Positions 18,201 to 25,813 of a stretch of DNA of 64,000 nt are shown piece after piece; the first letter of the stretch is position 1, and every line of letters begins with the position of its first letter. The position numbers were made by a program, and so were the translations under genes. Under the pieces are notes generated by a model, which made no database searches, was not told where the DNA came from, and saw nothing but the letters and a program-made list of their open reading frames with translations. Source of the DNA: Patescibacteria group bacterium (GTDB taxonomy: Bacteria > Patescibacteriota > Minisyncoccia > Phycocordibacterales > Phycocordibacteraceae); NCBI GenBank assembly GCA_004322365.1, contig SCTS01000005.1, positions 67,697-131,696 on the forward strand, in the 5' to 3' direction.

Positions 18201-19590
18201 ACGATGCTGTGTATGCAGTGCCATCAACTGGTGACGCCGTACCACTTGATGCAGCTTTCATAAAAACAACACGGCGCGAACCATTGCCTGCAGTCCAACC
18301 CACAGTCATTCCGTAGTATTCAACTGAACTGAACGAGACACCGCTTGCCTGTGTAGAGGGAGCGCTGATAGTAAGTCCTGTCCCGTTGTACTCAAACGAA
18401 CCAATATCAGTCGCACCAGAACGCGATGCGCCACGTTGGTCAAGTGTGGGTACGGTTGACGTTGCACCATTGCTACCGGTTGAACCATTGTTGATAGCAA
18501 TCGAGCCTACAAGAAGTGCCCACGTAGGAGTTGATGTTGCGTTATCGTTTCTACTTGCACCAGTATCGAGATTGAGTGAGCCAGTCGTTCCTACACTATA
18601 CAAAGTATAGACACCATTACCGTCACTGTCCGTCCAATCGCCAGTTCCTGTAAATGATGTACCACCCGGTCGACCGATAATGTTGTATCCGTTGTCGGTA
18701 ATGGTGCCCGAGGATACACGGAGGTCATTATAAGTCGCACCATATGTTGTCGAGGTATTGCCGGCAATGAGTGTATTCTTGAGATACACGCCACCAGTCG
18801 TCTCCATACCAAGTCCACCACCGCCCGCAGCGGTGTTACCAACAATACTCACATTGGTAATACTCATCCAGCCACCACGTACATGCACGCCACCACCATT
18901 AAGGTAGCCACTCGTCGACGTTTGGCGATTCCCATAGATGGTTGAATTTTCCACAACAAAGTAACCGCCCGCAGCGATGTTGTAATCATTCAAAAGACCA
19001 CCGCCCATGTACGAAACGGTGTTGTTATAGACAGATATGCGCTGTGCGGTCGTTGTGCCGACGTTGTCGATACCGCCACCACCACCACCCGCAGTATTGT
19101 TGTTAATTTCACTGTCCGTGATCGTGAGCGTTCCACTATTAGCAATACCGCCACCGTAGTAACTGGTCGAAGTAATGCGACCATGCCGAATGTTCAACTT
19201 ACTCATCGTGACAACAACCCCTGTTGAAATTGTGAATACGCGCCGATCGGCGGTAGTAGAAGCGCTTGCCGCTTGAATATATGTTTGATCACTCCCTTGA
19301 CCCTCAAGAGTTAGGTTCTTCCCAAGTGTATACCCAGTTGTCGCCGCGTCCCCTGTTTCAGTTGCGTCTGTCCAAGTGAGAGTTCCAGTGAGATTGAGTG
19401 TATCTCCCGCACTCGCCATTGTGTAACCTTTATGAAAGCTTGCATATGGGGTACCTGATGAACCATTTCCTGTCGAATCGTTGCCCGTCGAACTATTAAT
19501 GTAAATCGTTGCCGCAGAAGCGACCGCGGGTACTACTATGCAAAATAAAAAAATTACAACAAAAACAACCGTTGCACGGAAGCGACGCAT
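15253..19590 (-). CDS. giant secreted cell-surface protein (1446 aa): signal peptide, two tandem ~500-aa right-handed beta-helix modules, FN3/Ig-like region, C-terminal peptidoglycan-binding (PG_binding_1) domain
   Basis: Start reassigned to MRRFRATVVFVVIFLFCIVVPAVASA (signal peptide) at 19590. Repeated blocks IYINSSTGNDSTGNGSSGTPYASFHKGYT...IRHGRITS and LYINSSTGNDSTGDGSSGTPYASFHKGYT...IRHGRITS. NNTAGGGGGGI-type beta-helix turns. C-terminal GEDVRQLQKFLNAQGF...MTYNALVKFQ is a PG-binding domain. Confidence 0.8.
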   Translation of the reverse strand: MRRFRATVVFVVIFLFCIVVPAVASAATIYINSSTGNDSTGNGSSGTPYASFHKGYTMASAGDTLNLTGTLTWTDATETGDAATTGYTLGKNLTLEGQGSDQTYIQAASASTTADRRVFTISTGVVVTMSKLNIRHGRITSTSYYGGGIANSGTLTITDSEINNNTAGGGGGGIDNVGTTTAQRISVYNNTVSYMGGGLLNDYNIAAGGYFVVENSTIYGNRQTSTSGYLNGGGVHVRGGWMSITNVSIVGNTAAGGGGLGMETTGGVYLKNTLIAGNTSTTYGATYNDLRVSSGTITDNGYNIIGRPGGTSFTGTGDWTDSDGNGVYTLYSVGTTGSLNLDTGASRNDNATSTPTWALLVGSIAINNGSTGSNGATSTVPTLDQRGASRSGATDIGSFEYNGTGLTISAPSTQASGVSFSSVEYYGMTVGWTAGNGSRRVVFMKAASSGTASPVDGTAYTASSVFGSGTQIGSSGWYAIYEGLGSSVTVTGLTGATTYIVQVFEYNGVTSGTEVYQTATASNNPNTQASHTITTLYINSSTGNDSTGDGSSGTPYASFHKGYTSASAGDTLNLTGTFTWTDAGETGDIATSGYTIGKELIIQGQSASSTIIQSATASTTGDRRVFTTSTGKVVTFNDVTIRHGRITSSSSAGGGIYSQGTTTIQRALITNNYVNGYGGGVAQQDSTNGGSLTVIDSTISYNTGVSQGGGLWSGTTTTGPMNITNSTVAFNTQQASSATVGGGGVAYRSGSGSITNSTIAYNDIQNGGTANGAGLWFSPDTSYTVQLKNNIISSNYKSGVALTGSFYDIYKGSSGTYTDNGANIFGKYSSSNITVATSTYVDLQGSSGSGDGTFTNSNGGSGTLSLDSTLADNGVLKTQTLAITSASSIAVNSGYGGTNGSISVPTLDQRGGARVASVDIGAYEYGATVDTTAPTVSLTAPTASATVSGASVSLTATASDTIGVAGVSFYVDGVLQGSEDTTSTYGIVWDSTATTSASHSAFAVARDTSSNYATSTSVSFTVDNVSTAISAVATTTASTTATITWTTDEIASTKVNFGIISSYGTSTPETDTSPRTTSHSVTLTGLKACARYYYNVESTDASSNTATSSAATFRTIGCTGGAVVSSTGAGTITTTAGGTLTEGRLTLTVPTSFTATSSSATFQAHLLDGTSFFASAGTVSGKTRAGSTVYNLVALTDATTTLATFSTALTVTLSYTSSDVVGITETSLLIYRYDSSTWSALSDCSVDTGAKTVTCSTTAFSDFALFGTTESSSSSSTSTSGGLLWCSGPMSPGWNSSLPEGGCQGSVAPTLPLYSVPKNTNNDSVSNTVATSTPEKHIVAVNSQTALFTRSLRAGSIGEDVRQLQKFLNAQGFILAPRGSGALGSETNHFGPMTYNALVKFQEAHATDILAPLGLTRGTGILGTATIAFIQNLVAQPLSQSSSAR

Positions 19591-19877
19591 GGGTAAAAGT
19601 ATAGCAAATTTTAAAAACAAAATTGAGGTATTGAAAGACTTAACAAGAGTGATTCCGATGCTCCACTTGCAAGCTTTTGTTTTGCTCCACAAAAGCTTCC
19701 CTGCAGGTCGAGTCCCGTGCTCCGCTCGTAAGCTCTGTTGTTTGCACAGAGCTTCCCCGCTGTCGCATCAAAGAAAAAGCGGGTAGGACTCGCCTCTCGC
19801 ACTCCTGTGCTCGAAACCTTCACTCCTTCACAGTCGTTGCGGCCCGCGGTTCGAGTCCGTACGCGCGCGGGTACGTA

Positions 19878-19919
19878 TGATTATAAAATCCCCTCTATAT
19901 AGAGGGGATTTTATAATCA
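19878..19919. terminator. 42-nt perfect palindrome TGATTATAAAATCCCCTCTAtaTAGAGGGGATTTTATAATCA immediately 3' of the tRNA (likely tRNA terminator)
   Basis: Exact 20-bp inverted repeat, seen directly. Confidence 0.6.
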
Positions 19920-19921
19920 AG

Positions 19922-20214
19922 CTCCGCGGGTAGGACTCGAACCTACAACCAACTCCTTACACGTGATCCCCTATTACGAAGGGCGTGGACTATATCATCA
20001 TCCGATCTGGATGCGAGGCGCTTCGACCTTTCGGTCTACTCCCTTTCGGGATAGTCTCTACACCTTCTCCAACAAATCGTCAGAGCTTGGCTCGGGATTG
20101 CCCATCCTTTTTATAGGATTAGGGTTTCCCCGAATTCACCTCGTTTTTCAATCCCGATTCCTCGGGAAGGCTGCCTTTGGACAGGGAGCTGCTCTACCAT
20201 TGAGCTACCGCGGA
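19922..20214 (-). tRNA. tRNA gene interrupted by a ~220-nt intervening sequence in the anticodon loop (putative group I intron). Anticodon probably GUU (Asn), alternatively UGU (Thr), depending on the splice junction.
   Basis: On the minus strand: 5' TCCGCGG-TA-GCTC-AATGGTA-GAGC-A-GCTCC-CTGT | ~221 nt | TAA-GGAGT-TGGTT-GTAGG-TTCGAGT-CCTAC-CCGCGGA-G 3'. The exon halves form a canonical cloverleaf. The intervening sequence contains P7-like AGACUA ... UAGUC elements and ends in G before the 3' exon. Confidence 0.6.
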
Positions 20215-20296
20215 ATGTACACAATCAACAGAGTTGATTGGTGATTATTATATACCCTGACTTGATGATTCAGCAAACTTAACACTAGGTGTTATA

Positions 20297-20647
20297 ATGT
20301 TGCAAATGATAAAGGAATGTAACAAGCACGGACAAACAAAACATTTTCCACGCCCTGATGGAGCTTTTCGGTGTGGTAAATGCGCTTCTCAGTGGGTAAT
20401 ACAAAATAGACGTCGAAAAAAAGAAAAACTAGTTGAGGAATTCGGTGGAAAATGCGCCATATGCGGATACAAAAAATATGCAGGGGCATTAGATTTTCAT
20501 CACCTAGACCGTAAAACAAAATCATTTGCCTTAAGTGTTAAAGGTCTATCCTATTCATGGGACAGTATTCTTCAAGAAGCTAAGAAATGTGTTTTAGTAT
20601 GCAAAAATTGCCACACCGAAATTGAAGCGGGCATTATAAAGCTCTAA
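20297..20647 (+). CDS. free-standing HNH endonuclease with N-terminal zinc ribbon
   Basis: CNKHG...CGKC zinc ribbon; HNH core CAICGYKKYAGALDFHHLDRKTK...VLVCKNCHTEIE. Divergent from the intron-containing tRNA, ~80 bp away. Confidence 0.7.
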   Translation: MLQMIKECNKHGQTKHFPRPDGAFRCGKCASQWVIQNRRRKKEKLVEEFGGKCAICGYKKYAGALDFHHLDRKTKSFALSVKGLSYSWDSILQEAKKCVLVCKNCHTEIEAGIIKL

Positions 20648-20662
20648 AAAGAGCTCCATTTA

Positions 20663-20929
20663 TTAGACCTTATGAAGCCAGTTCCAGATTTTTGCGAATA
20701 CAAAACCCACAACTCCGCCCACCACAAAAGTCATCAGTATTAGAGAAAGTGAAGCGATAAGATTGAAGGTGTCTACAAGATACACGGCACGAATCATGTG
20801 TAACCAGAAAATGAAATCAAGCACTGCTTGTGCTACTCCAAACGCCACAAGTGCTGACCAGAGAACATGTACACCCGCAAAGAAAACACCAAGAGTAAGT
20901 GCTGTTTTTTTAGGATTGAGTTGCGTCAT
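20663..20929 (-). CDS. small integral membrane protein
   Basis: 88 aa with three hydrophobic helices. Confidence 0.4.
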   Translation of the reverse strand: MTQLNPKKTALTLGVFFAGVHVLWSALVAFGVAQAVLDFIFWLHMIRAVYLVDTFNLIASLSLILMTFVVGGVVGFVFAKIWNWLHKV

Positions 20930-20970
20930 AGAGATATATAAAATTTTATAAAGCTCTTTTAATTATACCC

Positions 20971-21984
20971 CTATTCTCCCGTGTACTGCCCAAGCGCTGC
21001 GAGCGAGTTCATGTGGGCACGCTTGATAAATACTTCCTGTGCTGAGACTACATTCTCACTCTTCCCTGCCCAAAGTTTTAACGCGCTTGCTTGAAGTGCC
21101 CGACCATAGGAGAACGAAAGCTTCCAAGGGAATGCTCCCAGTTTATTCATTGCATTGAGATTTGCTGTTGCCTCTATCTCACTCTGACCTCCGGAGAGGA
21201 ATACCACACCAGGGAGATTCGATGGAAGTATTTGCTTAAATAATTCAGTAGTTGCTTTAGCAACTTCTTCAGGTGTTGCTACGACACCACTCTCCTTTCC
21301 AGGGACGATCATGTTTGGTTTCAGAATCATTCCTTCAATTGCAACACCTGCATTATTCAATTCCTCAAAAACAGCTTCGAGTGTGCGTTCCGTAACTGCT
21401 CGACACACCTCTTGTGTGTTTGACCAATCCATCAACACTTCAGGCTCAACGATAGGTACTATCCCTACTTCCTGACACATCAATGCATACGATGCGAGCT
21501 GTTTTGCATTCTCTCGAATCGCACTGTCTGTTGGTATGCCCTCTCCGATAGTGATGACACCACGCCATTTTGCAAAGCGTGCCCCGAGTGCTACATATTC
21601 AGGAAGTCTTGCCTTCAATCCTTCCAAGCCTTTTGTTACTGTTTCAACGGTATCACCAATCTTCTCTACTCCTTCATCAACCTTAATACCTGCAATCACG
21701 CCATTGTCGTTCAACACTTTCACTAAAGTACGCCCGTCTGAAGCATTTTGCCGAATAGTTTCGTCAAAAAGAATAACCCCAGAAATATACCTGCCTATAT
21801 CTGGTGCAGTAAATAACATCTCGCGGTACGCGCGACGATTATCTTCAGTTACTGGAATACCGAGTTTCTCAAATTTCTTATTAATATTTCCAAAACTTTC
21901 ATCCGCCGCGAGAATCCCTTTACCGGGAGCAATCATAGCAAGCGCTGTTTCTTTTAATTTTGCGAGTGTGTCGTTTGAAATCAT
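20971..21984 (-). CDS. fba: fructose-bisphosphate aldolase, class I
   Basis: GKGILAADES, IVEPEV, LSGGQS and SFSYGRALQ are the diagnostic class I (Schiff-base) FBA motifs. Confidence 0.85.
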   Translation of the reverse strand: MISNDTLAKLKETALAMIAPGKGILAADESFGNINKKFEKLGIPVTEDNRRAYREMLFTAPDIGRYISGVILFDETIRQNASDGRTLVKVLNDNGVIAGIKVDEGVEKIGDTVETVTKGLEGLKARLPEYVALGARFAKWRGVITIGEGIPTDSAIRENAKQLASYALMCQEVGIVPIVEPEVLMDWSNTQEVCRAVTERTLEAVFEELNNAGVAIEGMILKPNMIVPGKESGVVATPEEVAKATTELFKQILPSNLPGVVFLSGGQSEIEATANLNAMNKLGAFPWKLSFSYGRALQASALKLWAGKSENVVSAQEVFIKRAHMNSLAALGQYTGE

Positions 21985-22011
21985 ATATTTTAAAAATTAT
22001 ATCAATACAAT

Positions 22012-22974
22012 CTATGATGAATAAAACTCTCCGCGTGGGTCACGTCTATGATGCGTTGTCATGTAACGCACTGTGCCCGACTTTCCACGAATGACTAACG
22101 AATGTGTCACTGCTTTACTTTTTGTGAAGCGGACGCCATCTAAAAGTGGTCCATCAATGACGCCTGTTGCGGTAAAGGTAAAATCATCGCTCTTTACTAA
22201 ATCCTTAGTGCTATAGATTTTATTTTCATTCAATCCTGCTTTTTTAACTAACTTTCTCTGATGTTCATCTTTTGATTTGAACCTACACAACAACTCTCCA
22301 CCAAGTGCTTTAACGGCAGCAGCCGCAAGCACTGCCTCAGCAGAAGCACCAACACCCATAAGAATGTCGATTCCGGAATCAAACATCGAAGGTGCAATGG
22401 CACCAGCTACATCGCCATCAGTAATAAGACGAACTCGCGCACCAGATGCACGAATATCCTTTATAAGTTGCGTGTGTCTATCGCGATCAAGGACAACGAC
22501 AGTAATATCACCTACTTTCTTTCCAAGTGCTTTTGCTACTTTTTTGATATTTACTGACACACTAGCGTCAAGACGAATTACTTTCCGAGCCTTTGGTCCT
22601 ACTGCAATTTTTTCCATGTAGGTGTCAGGCGCTCCAAGCAATGTGCCCTTAGGTCCTGCCACAATAACGGAGAGTGCGTTGTATCTTCCATACGCAACAC
22701 TGTCGGTACACTCAAGTGGATCAACTGCAATGTCCAACACTGGTTTTCCGCCCTTGCCTAATTTCTCACCTGTATACAGCTCTGGCGCTTCGTCTTTACT
22801 TCCCTCTCCAATAACTACACGGCCAGTGAAATTAATTTCATTGAATGCATCACGCATCGCATCCACGGCGGCACCGTCAGCTTTAAGTTTGTCACCCTTA
22901 CCAATCCAATGCCCTGAGGCGACAGCGGCAGCTTCAGTTACTCGCACGAATTCAAGAGCTAGGTTTCTATCCAT
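22012..22974 (-). CDS. glpX: fructose-1,6-bisphosphatase class II (GlpX-type)
   Basis: MDRNLALEFVRVTEAAA...GKGDKLKADGAAVDAMR...DPLECT is the GlpX family signature. Confidence 0.85.
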   Translation of the reverse strand: MDRNLALEFVRVTEAAAVASGHWIGKGDKLKADGAAVDAMRDAFNEINFTGRVVIGEGSKDEAPELYTGEKLGKGGKPVLDIAVDPLECTDSVAYGRYNALSVIVAGPKGTLLGAPDTYMEKIAVGPKARKVIRLDASVSVNIKKVAKALGKKVGDITVVVLDRDRHTQLIKDIRASGARVRLITDGDVAGAIAPSMFDSGIDILMGVGASAEAVLAAAAVKALGGELLCRFKSKDEHQRKLVKKAGLNENKIYSTKDLVKSDDFTFTATGVIDGPLLDGVRFTKSKAVTHSLVIRGKSGTVRYMTTHHRRDPRGEFYSS

Positions 22975-23045
22975 GGGGAGCAGAGTTTAGGTAAAAATAA
23001 ATATGAAAAAAGAGTGGCACGGCAATCATACCATTGGCCTCTCAT

Positions 23046-24275
23046 TCAGGTAACTGCTCGGCGTTTGAAGAAAACAAAGAGGGTTGCCCATGCGAAAAGT
23101 GCAAGGGCCATGCCTACAACAAACGGCATGTGAAGTCCAAACAAGCCCGCACCAACACCCGCTACCACCGGAGCTACTCCCTGTGCTAGCGCTTGAAGAG
23201 ATCCATTAATTCCCATTGCTGCACCTTGTTTTTCTCCTGACACCCCCTTACTTATGAGAGCTGCGAGATTGGCAACAGAAAGTCCGTTACCTATAGCGAG
23301 CAATGGCAACACTACGTACAAAAGTGCACTGGTGGGCACAAAACCGTATGCAAAAATAGCTACACCAACCAAAATAAGCGATACACGAAGAATTGCTCGC
23401 TCGTTATAGTGCTTTGTAACAATACGGAGCACAACTACTTGGGTGAATATAATCCACGCTCCAGTAATACCAAAAAATATACCAACTGCGCTCGCAGTAA
23501 ATCCAAAACGACTTACTAGCAATATTCCAATAAATGCCGTAAAGAATCCGAAACCAAGCTGAAGCAAAAATGATGAGAGATACACAGGACGCGCATCTAC
23601 ATCTCTAAATGCAGTTTGAATGTTCCGAACACCTTTAAGAAAATGGAAATCATGAGAACTATCCCCTTTTCTTGTTTCAGGAAAGAACAGAGAAATAAAC
23701 ATCAAATTCACAACACCAAGCGCGCCCGCAAGCCAGAATGGCGCAGACGCTGCTCCTGTGATGTGTAAAATCCAACCTCCAAGAATTGGTCCAATAATAA
23801 AACCGAGCCCAAACGCTGCGCCAACGAGCCCGAAGTTTTTTGCTCTATCCCTCGGTTCAGTTACATCAGCAATAGCGGCTTGGGCTATTGAAAAATTGGC
23901 AGCGGCAAGCCCTGCGACTGCGCGCGATAAAAATAATAATGGCAATGAGCCAATAACAATAGCGAAACCAAACATGAGCTGTGCTACCGCAAGAACCCCA
24001 ACACCAAATGTAAGAAGACGTTTTCGCCCATACGCATCAGAAAATTCTCCCAAAATAGGTGCGGCAATAAACTGCATGAGTCCAAAAATGCCAGTGAGCA
24101 AACCTGCAATGAGATACTGCGCGCTAGTACCAAATCCATGAAGAAGAAACGAAGGTGACGAAGGATCGGTCAGAATGATAGGAATGATAGGAATGATCAT
24201 CCCGATGCCAATCATGTCGAGGAGCAATGTAACGAAAAGTATTGGAAGGACTCGTTTTGTTTTTACAACTGACAT
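23046..24275 (-). CDS. MFS transporter (drug:H+ antiporter-like)
   Basis: 12 TM helices and MFS motif A-like GRKRLL. Start trimmed to MSVVKTKR. Confidence 0.8.
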   Translation of the reverse strand: MSVVKTKRVLPILFVTLLLDMIGIGMIIPIIPIILTDPSSPSFLLHGFGTSAQYLIAGLLTGIFGLMQFIAAPILGEFSDAYGRKRLLTFGVGVLAVAQLMFGFAIVIGSLPLLFLSRAVAGLAAANFSIAQAAIADVTEPRDRAKNFGLVGAAFGLGFIIGPILGGWILHITGAASAPFWLAGALGVVNLMFISLFFPETRKGDSSHDFHFLKGVRNIQTAFRDVDARPVYLSSFLLQLGFGFFTAFIGILLVSRFGFTASAVGIFFGITGAWIIFTQVVVLRIVTKHYNERAILRVSLILVGVAIFAYGFVPTSALLYVVLPLLAIGNGLSVANLAALISKGVSGEKQGAAMGINGSLQALAQGVAPVVAGVGAGLFGLHMPFVVGMALALFAWATLFVFFKRRAVT

Positions 24276-24314
24276 TTTGAGAGTATAGCAAATCACCCTT
24301 TATACTGATGAAGT

Positions 24315-24941
24315 ATGTTTGATCTTACAAAACAAGAACTCGCTACTCTAAAAAAACTTTCAACACCAATTAAGATTCAGGATTTTTTGGATACCCTTCC
24401 TATTAACTACGAAAAGAAAGGAGAAACACATATGTCGCCACGGAGGGTACTTCGTGAGAAAAAAGCGCACTGCATCGAAGGAGCGCTCTTAGCGGCTACT
24501 GCACTCTGGATTCATGGTGAAGAACCACTCCTGATGGATCTCACTGCAGCGCCCGAAGATGATGACCATATTGTTGCTCTCTATAAAAAAAACGGTTACT
24601 GGGGTGCAATCTCAAAAACAAATCACGCAGTGCTTCGTTTTCGAGATCCTATATATAAAACACTTCGTGAACTCGCACTTTCCTACTTTCACGAATGGTT
24701 TCTCGATGAGAACGGACTCAAGATGCTTCGAAGTTATTCAAAACCACTTAATTTGGAACGACTCGGCACTACTTGGGTTACCGCAGAGGGAGATTTGTGG
24801 TATCTCGATAAACATTTAGACAACCTGCCACATTTTTCACTTGTACCGAAGGGCAATAAAAAACACCTTCGCCCTGCCGACAAAATGGAGAGAACGGTTG
24901 GCAACCTTCGTGAGTGGAAAAGGAAAAATAAGCGAACATAA
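24315..24941 (+). CDS. putative papain-like/transglutaminase-fold cysteine peptidase family protein
   Basis: Candidate Cys in KAHCIEGALLAATALW with downstream His/Asp candidates (DDDHIVALY); resembles C39-like/transglutaminase-like domains. Fold-level guess only. Confidence 0.4.
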   Translation: MFDLTKQELATLKKLSTPIKIQDFLDTLPINYEKKGETHMSPRRVLREKKAHCIEGALLAATALWIHGEEPLLMDLTAAPEDDDHIVALYKKNGYWGAISKTNHAVLRFRDPIYKTLRELALSYFHEWFLDENGLKMLRSYSKPLNLERLGTTWVTAEGDLWYLDKHLDNLPHFSLVPKGNKKHLRPADKMERTVGNLREWKRKNKRT

Positions 24942-25112
24942 AGTCGCTCATTCACAGCGGTATAAATACGTATCAGAGTGTTTATTTTTTGTAGCATGTA
25001 TACCCCGTGAGATAACGGATCAGAGAATACGTGCCAGCGAAAATCTTGATGGGAGAAAAATTCTAATCTTTTCCACACGAACATAATATCTTATGGGGTA
25101 TACTAGCCACTC

Positions 25113-25418
25113 ATGAGCGAACTACAATTTCCTGACATACAGCCAGACATTCTCATTCTTGATGATTCACAAGACGAAACGGTGCAATTAAAACAATTTA
25201 TCTTCCACGTTGAAAATGGCGATTACTTTGCCATGCTTGCAACACTCTTAGGATTCGTCGAAGAAACAGCAAGCAAACTTGAAGAAAAAGATGAAGCAAT
25301 GAAAATCGCTGAAGCGCAGATTGCTCGTCTACGCAAAAATTTACAGTACCTCCACGAAAACTACACCATCACACCAAAGAAGAAGCCTATTACAGCTGAA
25401 CCAACACTCGATATTTAA
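25113..25418 (+). CDS. hypothetical protein
   Basis: 101-aa acidic ORF, likely co-transcribed with the next gene. Confidence 0.35.
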   Translation: MSELQFPDIQPDILILDDSQDETVQLKQFIFHVENGDYFAMLATLLGFVEETASKLEEKDEAMKIAEAQIARLRKNLQYLHENYTITPKKKPITAEPTLDI

Positions 25419-25422
25419 AAAA

Positions 25423-25803
25423 ATGAAAGAAAGGTTGGAAGGAGGAGAGCGAATAACAAAAGAAGAAGCTCTGGCTGACCTTTTCACTATAGAGAAGAAA
25501 ACTCTTCGGGAGTGCTTAGTGTATCTTGCCTGGCTTGACCAGGAGATGGCAAGAATCCAAGAAATACCAAAAGATCGTGGAGCAGAAATAGAGGAAGAAG
25601 AATTTAAACTCACTCTAGAAGATGCTCAATTACGAACTCGCTCAGGACGAACGCAATCAGCACGAATAGCGTATGAAGATGCTTTATATAATGCAAAATA
25701 CAGTAAGCATCCTAAAATCATGGGGATGGTTGCTCAGATTGAGGATGCGATGAAGGCTCTTCCAGACAACAAAGGTGTGACAGAACGTCCTGACGATATC
25801 TAA
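25423..25803 (+). CDS. hypothetical protein
   Basis: Start placed at MKERLEGG; 126-aa charged helical protein. Confidence 0.4.
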   Translation: MKERLEGGERITKEEALADLFTIEKKTLRECLVYLAWLDQEMARIQEIPKDRGAEIEEEEFKLTLEDAQLRTRSGRTQSARIAYEDALYNAKYSKHPKIMGMVAQIEDAMKALPDNKGVTERPDDI

Positions 25804-25813
25804 AAATATCCTT

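Noticed and set aside
15669-19184. Many short ORFs on both strands within the giant surface-protein gene (for example 16004-16312 and 16524-16949)
   Set aside because: They overlap a continuous 1446-aa reading frame with clear domain structure. The repetitive GC-rich codons generate spurious antisense frames.
19640-19880. A second complete tRNA (plus or minus strand) in the T-loop-like motif cluster
   Set aside because: I could not assemble a full acceptor/D/anticodon/T cloverleaf from any of the three GGTTCGAGTCC-like motifs by hand. Reported only as a possible pseudo-tRNA or integration scar.
24734-25084. 116-aa minus-strand ORF antisense to the 3' end of the papain-like protein gene
   Set aside because: It overlaps a plus-strand gene with coherent domain features. 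It is only noted as a possible antisense-transcript start because of the conserved 17-mer.
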